Source: an uncultured Desulfospira sp. (GTDB lineage: Bacteria > Desulfobacterota > Desulfobacteria > Desulfobacterales > Desulfobacteraceae). From it: a DNA stretch of 64,000 nt. A program made the position numbers and the translations under genes. Where the stretch lies: NCBI GenBank assembly GCA_963663165.1, contig OY760175.1, positions 3,264,001 through 3,328,000 on the forward strand. Direction: 5' to 3'. Under the pieces are notes generated by a model that saw only the letters and a program-made list of their open reading frames with translations, did no database searches and was not told the origin of the DNA. Shown here piece by piece: positions 39,278 through 49,240 of the stretch; positions within the stretch are counted from its first letter, which is position 1; each line of letters starts with the position of its first letter.

Positions 39278-40126
39278 ATGGATAAAATTGTTCAGATCAC
39301 AGACCACATGAAGGCCCTGGGATTTTCGGCCTACGAATGCAAGGCTTATCTGGCCCTTTTGGAGGAATTCCCCCAGAATGGGTATGCCTTGAGCAAGGCA
39401 TCGGGCATCCCGAGATCCCGGATATACGAAGTCCTGAAAAATCTGATCGACAAACAGATGGTGTTTGAACAGGATGACGGGAAAACCAGGGTCTATACCC
39501 CCATGGCGCCGGAAATTTTCATCAAAAAACTTAAAACCCGGTACCGGAAAATATTTGACGACCTTACGGAATACGCCGGCACCCTTTACCGGGAGCCCAA
39601 ACAGGACGACCGGCTGGTGGTCATCCAGGGCCGGGACAATATCCTGTCCTTTTTGAATGTCCTGATCAAAGGGGCCCGGCACCGGGTGGCCATTTTTATC
39701 TGGGATGAGGAATTAGAAGAGCTGTCTTCTGAACTGGATGCGGCCCTGGACCGGGGCGTTAAGCTCAGGGGAATCTATTTCGGCCGGGAAACCCATTTTA
39801 AGGATCTGGTGCCCCATCGGCGCCTTGACCGGTACACGGCGGAGAAAAAAGAACGCTACCTGTCGGTCATCGTTGACCGGACCCATGCGGTGTCCGGCAC
39901 GGTCTCCCGGGGGCAGGCCTCAAAAGCCACCTGGACACGGGACGAAGGCTTTGTGGAAATCAGCGAGGACTATATCTCCCATGACCTGGTGGTCAACCTC
40001 TATTCCGCCTCCCTGGACCATGACGCCTATGAAAAATTCGAAGCCTTTTCCGACAGTGTCCACGACTATTTCTTTCACTATAAGGAACCCACAACCGGTT
40101 TTCAGTCTGCACGAATGGTAAAATAG
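39278..40126 (+). CDS. TrmB family transcriptional regulator
   Basis: LGFSAYECKAYLALL..LSKASGIPRSRIYEVL winged-HTH. Confidence 0.92.
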   Translation: MDKIVQITDHMKALGFSAYECKAYLALLEEFPQNGYALSKASGIPRSRIYEVLKNLIDKQMVFEQDDGKTRVYTPMAPEIFIKKLKTRYRKIFDDLTEYAGTLYREPKQDDRLVVIQGRDNILSFLNVLIKGARHRVAIFIWDEELEELSSELDAALDRGVKLRGIYFGRETHFKDLVPHRRLDRYTAEKKERYLSVIVDRTHAVSGTVSRGQASKATWTRDEGFVEISEDYISHDLVVNLYSASLDHDAYEKFEAFSDSVHDYFFHYKEPTTGFQSARMVK

Positions 40127-40276
40127 GGGACAAAACAGTCCCAATGAAAAACGGGGTCTGCCCCTGATTTTTCTATTTGCCTTGCCTTCAGGCTGACATG
40201 TGAGGTAGAAACACTTCATATGGTTTAAACATACCAATGTCTTTCAAATAAAGCCCTTTTTATCAGGAGGATCTCT

Positions 40277-41767
40277 ATGAGCGACAAGGGGGGACGACTT
40301 AACTTCAGTTTTGATTTTCAGCCCCAATCCGGCGGTCCGGCCAAAAGCCGTCCTTCGGAAGATAAACCTTTCCGGGTTCTGCTGATGGCGGATCTGACCG
40401 GACGGGCCCAGCGCAATGTTGAAAGCGCTGAGGACCTGGGTTTGCGACAATGTCTGCGGATTGATGTGGATAACTTTGATACCGTCCTGACAAAGTATGC
40501 GCCCTGTATCCAGTGGCCCATCGGCAAGGCTGTTTTCAAGGAGCTGGAGGATTTTCATCCCGACCAGCTGTATCGCAGCCTCGAAATTTTCAAGTCCCTG
40601 CGGGATACCCGAAAAAAACTCAACGATCCCGGCACCAGTGCAGAGGTGATTAAGGGGTTGCGCTCGGAAATGCCGGACCCGCCGCCGGTGTCTGAAACCA
40701 GAGCCCATGAAAGTCGTGAAGACAACCTCCTTGACAGCCTGCTGGGCAGGCCGTCAAATTCTAAAGAGACGTCACCGGTCTCTTCACCGGCTAAGGACAC
40801 CCTGTCTTCCCTGATCCACCAGATCGTTGCGCCTCATATCGTGAAGGCTGATCCCCGCATCGATGAATACACGGCATCGGTGGATGCTGCCATCAGCCAT
40901 CAAATGGGTGCGGTCCTTCACCACCGGGATTTCCAGGCCCTAGAAGCGGTCTGGACGGGGATCTGGGAGCTGGTAGCAGGCATTGAAACGGATGACGGGT
41001 TTGAATTATGCCTGCTGGATGCCACTAAAAAGGAACTGCTTGATGACCTTGACGCCCATAAGGAGAGCCTTACCGGCAGTGGCCTTTACCGGCAATGGGT
41101 AGACAAGGCCGCCGGGGCTCCCGATGGTCAGCCCTGGTCCCTGTTGGCCGGGTGCTATGATTTTGAGAACAATGAAGACGATATGGCACTTCTGGCCGGC
41201 CTTGGACTTCTGGCAGCCCATGCCCAGGCCCCGTTTCTGGCCGATGCCGCCCCGTCCCTTGCGGGATGCCCCTCCTTTGACAAGGCCCCTGATCCGGCGG
41301 ACTGGACCGGGGAAGCACCGCTGTGGGATACCTTAAGAAAAAGCCCGGCAGCCCCGTGGATCGGCCTGGCCTGCCCCCGTGTCCTCATGCGCACCCCCTA
41401 CGGCCGGTCAACCGAAGAAATTGATGCCTTTGAATTTGAAGAGCTGGGAGAGATGCCCGATCACGAGCATTTCCTGTGGGGCAGCGCAGCCCTTTCCTGT
41501 GTCAGGCTCATGGGTATGGCATTTCAGGAACAGGGCTGGAACATGCGGCTGGAAGGCCGTCTGGACCTGGAGGACCTGCCCGCCTATACCCTGAGCGTTA
41601 AAGGCGAAAAACAACTCAAACCCTGCGCCGAAGCCTTCCTGTCCGAGCGTGCCGGGGATGAGCTTTCCCGGCGGGGCCTTACGGCACTGCTGAGTTTCCG
41701 TCACCAGAACGCTGTCCGGGTCCGGAACATTCAATCCATTGCCGACCCGCCCACAGCCCTTAATTGA
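40277..41767 (+). CDS. T6SS contractile-sheath-like protein (TssB-like N-terminus plus TssC/VipB-like domain)
   Basis: PFRVLLMADLTG..IDVDNFDTVL..ELEDFHPDQL (TssB-like). VLHHRDFQALEAVW, AHAQAPFLA, LACPRVLMRTPYG, FLWG (TssC-like). Confidence 0.8.
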   Translation: MSDKGGRLNFSFDFQPQSGGPAKSRPSEDKPFRVLLMADLTGRAQRNVESAEDLGLRQCLRIDVDNFDTVLTKYAPCIQWPIGKAVFKELEDFHPDQLYRSLEIFKSLRDTRKKLNDPGTSAEVIKGLRSEMPDPPPVSETRAHESREDNLLDSLLGRPSNSKETSPVSSPAKDTLSSLIHQIVAPHIVKADPRIDEYTASVDAAISHQMGAVLHHRDFQALEAVWTGIWELVAGIETDDGFELCLLDATKKELLDDLDAHKESLTGSGLYRQWVDKAAGAPDGQPWSLLAGCYDFENNEDDMALLAGLGLLAAHAQAPFLADAAPSLAGCPSFDKAPDPADWTGEAPLWDTLRKSPAAPWIGLACPRVLMRTPYGRSTEEIDAFEFEELGEMPDHEHFLWGSAALSCVRLMGMAFQEQGWNMRLEGRLDLEDLPAYTLSVKGEKQLKPCAEAFLSERAGDELSRRGLTALLSFRHQNAVRVRNIQSIADPPTALN

Positions 41768-42488
41768 TCAGTTCGAGTATGGCTTCAATATCGGCCCGGG
41801 CCTTTTCCCGGCTCACATCCTGCCATCCGTTCTCTCGGATGCGGGTCAGTTCTTTTAGAAACTGGCCCAGAACCTGGGTATATTTGGCTGAACGGCCAAG
41901 TCCGTCGGTCTCCCTGCCCCGGATTTCTCCGCTTTCCCGGCGCTGGGCCTGGATTTCATTAAAGGCACGGTTAATGGACTTTTCCCCTGACTGGACCTGC
42001 TCCCGGATATCCGGGCTTCCGTGTTCCATGACCTTTCTGGCTTTGTCCACCTTGCCGGGGCTGATGCCCAGTTCTCTGGCCTGGGCCGCGTTCTTTGCCT
42101 TTTTCGTGGTTTTTTTATCGGTTTCATCCGGCTTGTAAAGGGAATCCAGCACGGTCAGGCATTTAAAGATATCATCATCACTCAGATTGCGCCGGTTGCG
42201 CTGGACATGAAAACTGTAAAGCAGGGCATCATCTTCGTTTTCAAAGGGTTTATACACCACCGGCACCTGTTCAAGGCGCATGCTTATGGCTGCGGCAAAA
42301 CGGGTATGGCCGTCCACGACCACATGTCCCTTTTCCCAGACCACGATGGGAAAGACCGGGTCAAATCCGTTGGTTTCCATATCCTGGCATATGGCAGCAA
42401 GGGTTTCCTGCTGGATGGGGAAAAGTTTGTCAAAAGGGGCGCGGGTAGTCAGCGTGTCCGGGTTCACAAGGGTTGTGTTCAAATCCAT
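41760..42488 (-). CDS. Stand-alone ParB/Srx N-terminal domain protein with HTH
   Basis: PIVVW..VVDGHTR, QRNRRNL, ARELGISPGKV. Confidence 0.85.
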   Translation of the reverse strand: MDLNTTLVNPDTLTTRAPFDKLFPIQQETLAAICQDMETNGFDPVFPIVVWEKGHVVVDGHTRFAAAISMRLEQVPVVYKPFENEDDALLYSFHVQRNRRNLSDDDIFKCLTVLDSLYKPDETDKKTTKKAKNAAQARELGISPGKVDKARKVMEHGSPDIREQVQSGEKSINRAFNEIQAQRRESGEIRGRETDGLGRSAKYTQVLGQFLKELTRIRENGWQDVSREKARADIEAILELIN

Positions 42489-42631
42489 TATGTTTTCCTG
42501 AATGAACGCTGCCGGCGTTCACGGGCTATCAGTCAGCAGGGCAAAATTCATTTCCAGGCCGCAGGTTTTACCTGAAACAGGCCAATTGTTCAAGATTTTT
42601 GTGAGGGCGATGGAGAGCGAGCGAAGCGAGA

Positions 42632-42707
42632 GGGTCAAACCTTGATTATGGCACTAAGTGAGGGGGTCATGGCCCCCTCACTTAGTGCCATAATCAAGGT
42701 TTGACCC
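42632..42707. repeat. Perfect 35-bp inverted repeat with a 6-nt centre
   Basis: gggtcaaaccttgattatggcactaagtgaggggg - tcatgg - exact reverse complement. Confidence 0.95.
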
Positions 42708-42885
42708 CATTTATATTTTATATTTACATATATTTACATGAGTGGACGAAATCCGGTTTTGCCTTTATGATATCCGGATGATAGGATAACGGCCTGCCCT
42801 TTGGGGTCAAACTGAGGCAGGCCACCGTTAATGCTAAACCGACCCCCTTATTCAGCTCGCTCAGGAGGGCTGAGGAGATACTGTA

Positions 42886-44415
42886 ATGCTGTTGTTTTCC
42901 CCCGTAAGATCCCCCCTTTCCTTTTTCCCGGATACCGGTAAAAAACGGACCGTCATTGGGGTGATACTGATCTTTGCCCTGGTTTTCCAGGGCAGCCTGG
43001 CCGAGCCGAAAACCAGTCCGCCTTTAAAAGTTCCTCCTCCGGCGTTTGGCCTTACCGCCGTTAAAAAAGAACTGAAAAGCCTGCTAACGGACTGGAAAGA
43101 AGTCGAATTTCATGTGGATGACGTGCTGGTCCGGCATGTGAGCTATTATATCAAATACTATACGGTTGAGGATGTGGTCCGGTCTAACAAGGCCATCCGG
43201 CGCAGCGAAGAATGCCTGCACACCATCACCTGTATCTTTAAGAAGTACAACCTTCCCGAAGATGTGGCCTTTGCCCTGCCCTTTGTGGAAAGCAGCTTTA
43301 ATCAGGGGGCCCGGTCAGGTGCCGGGGCTGTGGGCATGTTCCAGTTCCTTGAAAGCACTGCCCTTGACTATGGATTAAAGATCAATAACAGCGGGGAGGA
43401 CGAGCGAACGGATGTTAAAAATGCGGCTGAAGCCTGCGCCAAATACCTAAGAAACAACCGCAGGGTATTTGCCAGCACCATTTTAAGCCTGGCCGGTTAC
43501 CACCACGGGACCAAGCTGGTCACCGATGTGCTGTTAAGCTACGGCGATGAGCCCCAAAGAGAATTCGGGCCGATTTTCCGGAACAAAAAACTCGGGCCTT
43601 TTTCCAGGGAGTATATTCCCCAGTGCCTGGCAGCGGCACTGATATACCGCTACCTTAAACAAAACAGACTCAAGGTGCTGCAGGTCCCCCAATTTGAATC
43701 CCGGACCCTTGTTTCCAAAACAAAGGTGGCCGCCCTTCACAAAGAGGTTCCCGGCCTGTTTGGCATCAACCCGGACCTTGAGCATGCCGCATCAACTTAT
43801 GCTTATGCCAGTACCAACGGTTATGTTCTGCTTACAAAATTGAATTATCCGCCCCCGGGGGCCGAGATCATCCGGACCCTGCCCCAATGGGCCCAAAACC
43901 CTGAGCCTGTCCCGTCCGGCAGCACCAAAGTCAAAGGGCTGCCCAAAACCATTCATTACGTCGCCCAGACCCACAATGACCTGCCGGGCATTGCCGCGGT
44001 TTTCGGCACAAGCGTCAAGGCCCTCAGGTTCAATAACCGGTATCTGGCAAAGCGGAAACTTCGCCCCAAAGATATCATTGAAATTAAGGGCATGGCCCCC
44101 ACCACCCAGGTCATCAACGGCAGAAATTTGAACCCAGGCGTCCCGATGAGCATCAAAACCCTGGAGAATGAAACCCTTAAAACATTTTGCCAAAGGGTGA
44201 TTCAGACCATTCGCCTGGCCTGTCCGGAATCCCCATGGGAGATGGGCACAGACCTGACCCCTGAACTGATTTATTATTGGAATCACGATGCGTTAGGAAA
44301 TATCCAGCCCGATACCCCCTTAGAAGAGAATCTAAGCCTGACCATCTATTCGGATTACCGGTGGTATAAATCTGAAAAAGGGGGATTAGCGCCTGTTGTG
44401 CAGCAGGGTTTTTAA
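42886..44415 (+). CDS. Lytic transglycosylase (MltD-like SLT domain) with LysM-like region
   Basis: PFVESSF catalytic Glu, GAVGMFQF, DERTD, AGYHHG, IAAVFGTSVKALRFNN. Confidence 0.85.
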   Translation: MLLFSPVRSPLSFFPDTGKKRTVIGVILIFALVFQGSLAEPKTSPPLKVPPPAFGLTAVKKELKSLLTDWKEVEFHVDDVLVRHVSYYIKYYTVEDVVRSNKAIRRSEECLHTITCIFKKYNLPEDVAFALPFVESSFNQGARSGAGAVGMFQFLESTALDYGLKINNSGEDERTDVKNAAEACAKYLRNNRRVFASTILSLAGYHHGTKLVTDVLLSYGDEPQREFGPIFRNKKLGPFSREYIPQCLAAALIYRYLKQNRLKVLQVPQFESRTLVSKTKVAALHKEVPGLFGINPDLEHAASTYAYASTNGYVLLTKLNYPPPGAEIIRTLPQWAQNPEPVPSGSTKVKGLPKTIHYVAQTHNDLPGIAAVFGTSVKALRFNNRYLAKRKLRPKDIIEIKGMAPTTQVINGRNLNPGVPMSIKTLENETLKTFCQRVIQTIRLACPESPWEMGTDLTPELIYYWNHDALGNIQPDTPLEENLSLTIYSDYRWYKSEKGGLAPVVQQGF

Positions 44416-44514
44416 GGCGCCCCAGACAAAGCGGTCCCGATATCACATCAAGCAGTGTCACCCGTCAGAAAACACGGGCAATGAATGACTGGAACGGGTG
44501 TCCGGGGATAACCA

Positions 44515-44640
44515 GTGACAGACATGATGATTCTGGTCGGTGCCGGTCAGGCCGGCATGGCCATCGCCCGCAGGATGGGCTTTGGAATGAAGATCCTGGT
44601 AGGCGATGATACGATGGAAAACGCCATGGAGGGGCAATAA
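44515..44640 (+). pseudogene. N-terminal fragment of an SDR oxidoreductase
   Basis: MMILVGAGQAGMAIARRMGFGMKILVGD Rossmann start, then a stop after about 40 codons. Confidence 0.6.
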
Positions 44641-44692
44641 GTCTGCTTTGAATTCCTGCTTCCTGCCGCCTGTTTCCGGCTTCCAGCCAAAT

Positions 44693-45811
44693 CTACTCTT
44701 CCACAGAGCCGGCATCAATATCAAAAATTTTCTTGCCGTCCACATAGTCTTTGGATGCATATCGGGAAATGCTCCGAATTTTTGATGACAGTTCCATCAG
44801 CCTTAATGTGGACTTTTTGATCAGGGTAATCAGCCGGTCCTTCTGCTGGGGTTTCAGGTCCGGGTCACCGAGTTTTTCAATGCCGGTCAGGACCACCTGA
44901 AGCGGGTTGTTTAACTCGTGGCTCACGGCCCCGGCCATTTCAAGAACAGCCCTTAATTTTTCTTTTTCCCGGTGTTCTTTCTGGGCATGTTTCTGCTCGG
45001 TAATGTTCATGAAATATCCCAAGACAGCCCGGGATCCCTGGTAAATAACAGGCGTTACCGTCTCCATGACCCATTTGGTCTGATGATTGCTGTCCACCAC
45101 ACAGAGTTCATAGGGGGAGGTTCTTACACCGGTCAGCATCTGCATGGCGTTCCTGCGGGTCTTCTCCCGGTAATCGGCATGCACCAGGTCAAGAGAGCGC
45201 ATGCCCATGAGTTGCTCCTGGGGATAACCGATAATCCGGGAAAATTCAGGGTTCACATATTTGAAGCAGCCCTTTTGCAGGATATAACTGCCGATCAGGG
45301 CATTGTTCCGGCTGCGGGCAAGTTCTTCTTCAGCCTGCTTTTTCTGGGTATTATCCCGGATAAACCCCTCGATGGCCACGGCCCGGTTCCGGTTGTCCTG
45401 GACCACCGACCACCGGTCATGCATCCACCGGACCGTTCCGTCAGGACTGACATACCGGTATTCCACCTCGCCCTGGGTGTCGCCGGATTTCAGCGTGGTT
45501 GACCTGGCCAGCCTGAGTTTGTCCACATCATCGGGATGAATATGCTGAATGGCACTGTACGACGATAAAATTTTGCGCCCGTCTTCCTCAATCTCGTAAA
45601 GCTCCTGAAACCGTTTGTTGAAAAAAGGAAAGGTCCCGGATTCGATATCGAACAGGTATATGGCATCCTGGGAAAGGTCGGCAACATGCTGGAAACTCTC
45701 GGATAACGCCCGGATAATATCCCGGTCGCTGTTTTCGGCGCCATGACCAACGGCCTTCTCTAATTCCCGGATTCTGGCTTCGAGCTCTTCGTATGTCGGT
45801 TTCTGATTCAT
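44693..45811 (-). CDS. Double-PAS protein with HisKA but no ATPase domain
   Basis: KPTYEELE start, two PAS domains, SHELNNPL; ends without N/G boxes. Confidence 0.85.
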   Translation of the reverse strand: MNQKPTYEELEARIRELEKAVGHGAENSDRDIIRALSESFQHVADLSQDAIYLFDIESGTFPFFNKRFQELYEIEEDGRKILSSYSAIQHIHPDDVDKLRLARSTTLKSGDTQGEVEYRYVSPDGTVRWMHDRWSVVQDNRNRAVAIEGFIRDNTQKKQAEEELARSRNNALIGSYILQKGCFKYVNPEFSRIIGYPQEQLMGMRSLDLVHADYREKTRRNAMQMLTGVRTSPYELCVVDSNHQTKWVMETVTPVIYQGSRAVLGYFMNITEQKHAQKEHREKEKLRAVLEMAGAVSHELNNPLQVVLTGIEKLGDPDLKPQQKDRLITLIKKSTLRLMELSSKIRSISRYASKDYVDGKKIFDIDAGSVEE

Positions 45812-46025
45812 TTTTTTTAGAGGCAACGAAACCCCAAATCGGTTTCTTGTTTTATCCTCATGGGCTTTACTTCATTTGCTTTTTGAAAGACTGAATGAGT
45901 TTGGATTTAACACTGTCATGTCTGCAAAGTTTGACTCTTCAGAACTTTCGATCCTTGCTGTATTTTTTTACCCATCTAAGTTATGAGGAACTATAAGCGT
46001 AATGCAAATCTATTTCAACACATCT

Positions 46026-46280
46026 TTACTTTTTCTTAGAATGAATCAGTTCCAACGTTTGCTCAAGGATTGCCAAACGCTGCTGGTCTTCCGGCCGTTT
46101 AGAATGCCGCTTCAATTCGATCAGTGTTTCAAGATCCAGCACATGGACTTTAAACCCATGGAATTCTATTTCCACTACGTTTTTAACTAAATCTTTAAAA
46201 CCGAGCCCCTTTTCAACGGCTCCCCAAATGTCCATGGGACCAAATTTTGTGGAAAGAAGCTGATGTCCCGAACCTTTCAA
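46026..46280 (-). pseudogene. 3' fragment of a probable nucleotidyltransferase-fold protein
   Basis: TKFGPMDIWG..VHVLDLETLIELKR..RPEDQQRL. No RBS; begins 4 bp after the upstream stop. Confidence 0.5.
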
Positions 46281-46284
46281 AGCC

Positions 46285-47724
46285 TCACCGGATCACCTGG
46301 GTGGATGAAATGGTGTTGATGCCGTACTTGTCGATCTTGGCATGAAGCGTGGGCCGGGAGATATCGAGAAGCCGGGCCGCCTGGGACCGGTTGCCGTTGG
46401 AGATCTTAAGGGCTTCCTCCACGGCCATGGCGCAGATGGTGTCGGCAAAATATTCAAAGCTGTGGTCTCCTGCGGGGCTCAGAAGGTTAGCGTGAACCCA
46501 CTGGCGGATGGTCTCTTCCTGGTCTGAATTCTGGGCGGGCGCGCCAGACTCCTGTTTCTGAAAAATCTGGCTTAAGTCACCAACGGACAGGGGGTTGCCC
46601 CGGTTAAAGATCAGGGCCTTGTGGATCAGGTTGGCCAACTCCCGGACATTGCCGGGCCATTCATACCGGGTCAGAAGGCTTAAGGCATCTTCCCGGATGC
46701 CGGGGTTGTCGATTTTAAGTTCATGGGAGAACCGCTCCAGGTAATGGGCAGTTAACGGTTTGATATCGCCTATACGTTCGCGCAGGGGCGGCAGCTCAAT
46801 GGTGACCACCTTGAGCCTGAAATACAGGTCTTCCCTGAAAATCCCCTGGGCAATGGCCTCTTTTAAGTCCCGGTTGGTGGCGGCAATAATGCGCACATCC
46901 ACCGGGATGGTCTCATCGCCCCCCAAGCGCTCAATACACCTTTCCTGGAGCAGTCTCAGGATTTTGGCCTGAATGGAGATGGGCATGTCCCCGATCTCAT
47001 CGAGAAACACCGTACCCCCGTGGGCCTGTTCTATCTTGCCGATATGCCGGCTGGCAGCGCCGGTAAAGGCCCCTTTTTCAAAGCCGAACAGCTCGCTTTC
47101 CAGAAGGTTTTCCGGAATGGCCACGCAGTTGATAATGGAAAAATTCTTATCGGCGCGGATCCCGTGCTGGTATACGGCCCGGGCCACCAGTTCCTTGCCG
47201 GTGCCCGATTCTCCCTGGATTAACACCGTGGCATCGGTCTGGGCCACACGGCCGATGGTTTTATATACCTTTTGCATGCCCGGGCTCTGGCCTACAATGG
47301 CGTCCGGGGAATAGGTCTTGGGTTCGGCCCCCACCTGGACCGGGGTCCGCATGCAATACCCCGCATCAATGGCCTGGGTGATGAGGTTGAGCATTTCCGG
47401 GATATCAAAGGGCTTGAGCAGGTAGTCAAAGGCCCCGGCCTTGGTGGCTTCAATGGCCGTGTCCGTGGTGCCGAAGGCCGTGACAATGATGGCCGGCAGG
47501 GTTGCATCTATGTTTTTGATGGCTTTAAATGCCTCAAGTCCGTTGATGCCGGGCAGCCGGACATCCAGGATGACCAGGTCCAGCTCCTTGGCCTGGATTT
47601 TGGCTATTTCAATACCGGCCTCCCCGGAAGCGGCAGATACCACTTCGTACCCTTCCTCGGTCAGCAGTTTGGAAAAACTGGTTCTCAGCTGGTCGTCGTC
47701 ATCAATGATCAGGATCTTTGCCAT
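46285..47724 (-). CDS. NtrC-type sigma-54 response regulator
   Basis: Receiver, GESGTGKE, GAFTGA, FLDEIG, WPGNVREL, Fis-type HTH. Confidence 0.95.
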   Translation of the reverse strand: MAKILIIDDDDQLRTSFSKLLTEEGYEVVSAASGEAGIEIAKIQAKELDLVILDVRLPGINGLEAFKAIKNIDATLPAIIVTAFGTTDTAIEATKAGAFDYLLKPFDIPEMLNLITQAIDAGYCMRTPVQVGAEPKTYSPDAIVGQSPGMQKVYKTIGRVAQTDATVLIQGESGTGKELVARAVYQHGIRADKNFSIINCVAIPENLLESELFGFEKGAFTGAASRHIGKIEQAHGGTVFLDEIGDMPISIQAKILRLLQERCIERLGGDETIPVDVRIIAATNRDLKEAIAQGIFREDLYFRLKVVTIELPPLRERIGDIKPLTAHYLERFSHELKIDNPGIREDALSLLTRYEWPGNVRELANLIHKALIFNRGNPLSVGDLSQIFQKQESGAPAQNSDQEETIRQWVHANLLSPAGDHSFEYFADTICAMAVEEALKISNGNRSQAARLLDISRPTLHAKIDKYGINTISSTQVIR

Positions 47725-49189
47725 GAACATCCTCCCCGCAAGGCAGCGTTATGGTGAAACAGGCCCCCTGGGGATCTTCCCCCTGGGGACTGTCCAGCAC
47801 CAGGCAGCCGCCGTGTTCGTTGATAATATTGAAACAGATGCTCAGGCCCAGCCCTGTGCCCTGTTCTTTGGTGGTAAAAAACGGGTTGAAAATTTCGTCC
47901 TGGATGGGCTGGGGGATACCGGGCCCTGAGTCCTGGATTCTGATCACGGCCGTGTCCCTGTCCTTGTTGATGCTGTCCATGGTTTCGCTGATGGTGATCT
48001 GTCCCCCCTTTTCCATGGCCTCACAGGCATTGATGATGATATTGGCCATGGCCTCCTTGAGCTGGCCTGCATCCAGGAACACCTCGTCCAACGGGGCGGT
48101 GCGGACCAGTTCTACGGTCACACCATAGGATTTGAGCCGCTGATCCAGAAGGCGCAGGGTATTGTCCACCACCTGGGAGGGGCTGTGCTTTTTCATAGAC
48201 AGTTTAGGGGGTCTGGAAAACTCCAGGAAGTTTTCCAGAATTTTGTTGATCTGGCCGATTTCAGTGGAAATCACACTGATATTTTCCTGCTGGTCCGAGG
48301 ACAGCTGCCGGGACTTGCCCAGAGAAAACAGGCGCATTTTAATGGAAGTTAAGGGGTTTCTGATGGAGTGGGCCGTGCCTGCGGCAAGCTTTCCCACCAG
48401 GGCCATTTTTTCAGACTGCATTAAGGTTTGCCGGCTTCGCATGAGCTCGGCATGGGTATGCTCGGCATTTTCAATCAGGCCGTGGACACTGCTTTTCAGT
48501 GCTTTGAGTTCATTTCCGGATATCCGGCCCTGGCCCAAGTGGTCGGCTTCCTGGGCCAGTTTTCGAATGGGCTCCAAGATATGCCGGGTAAAGATATAAT
48601 TGATGAGCAGGCTGAGCAGGACCACGGTGACAATGGCCAAAAGCCCGATATAGCGAAGCCTGCCCGCATCCACCCGGCTGTCGGCCACCACAGAGTCAAT
48701 GGCCTTCTTATGAAAACTTTTAAATTTTTCGCACAACTCAAAAATTTTAAAAAAATTGGCCCGAACCTCCCGGTGCAGGGCAGCCCCGGCACCGGGGTCC
48801 CCTTTTTCATACAGGGTCAGGACCCGGTCTTTGGCGGCAATATAGATGATATAGACGGCTTCGATCCGGGCAAGGGCCTCTTTTTCCCAGGCGTCTTCGA
48901 CCAGGGGCTTGGCACAGGCCAGATGGGCGGTAAAATCATTTTTAAACTCATCCATCTGCCTGAGCCATTCAGGGTTCTTGTCCAGAAGGTAATAGGACAG
49001 ATACCCTTTCTGGTTGAGCAGCGAGGTTTCAAGGGCTTCGGCTGCCTGGTAAACAGGGAGATGTCTTTGAACAATGCCGTTGAACAGGTCTTCGGTCTTA
49101 TAGGTATACCAGATCAAGGCAATGGTTCCCATGACCGTAATTCCCAAAAGCACGGCATTGGCGAGATAGACCCTCTTTTTAAGGCTCAT
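47702..49189 (-). CDS. Sensor histidine kinase (four-helix periplasmic domain)
   Basis: Two TM helices, AHSIRNPL, NACEAM, DSGPGI, GTGLGL. Confidence 0.93.
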   Translation of the reverse strand: MSLKKRVYLANAVLLGITVMGTIALIWYTYKTEDLFNGIVQRHLPVYQAAEALETSLLNQKGYLSYYLLDKNPEWLRQMDEFKNDFTAHLACAKPLVEDAWEKEALARIEAVYIIYIAAKDRVLTLYEKGDPGAGAALHREVRANFFKIFELCEKFKSFHKKAIDSVVADSRVDAGRLRYIGLLAIVTVVLLSLLINYIFTRHILEPIRKLAQEADHLGQGRISGNELKALKSSVHGLIENAEHTHAELMRSRQTLMQSEKMALVGKLAAGTAHSIRNPLTSIKMRLFSLGKSRQLSSDQQENISVISTEIGQINKILENFLEFSRPPKLSMKKHSPSQVVDNTLRLLDQRLKSYGVTVELVRTAPLDEVFLDAGQLKEAMANIIINACEAMEKGGQITISETMDSINKDRDTAVIRIQDSGPGIPQPIQDEIFNPFFTTKEQGTGLGLSICFNIINEHGGCLVLDSPQGEDPQGACFTITLPCGEDVHGKDPDH

Positions 49190-49240
49190 GACGTTTCCTC
49201 CCTGTCCTGTTTTTCATACCACACAAGGTTGAAAATATCA

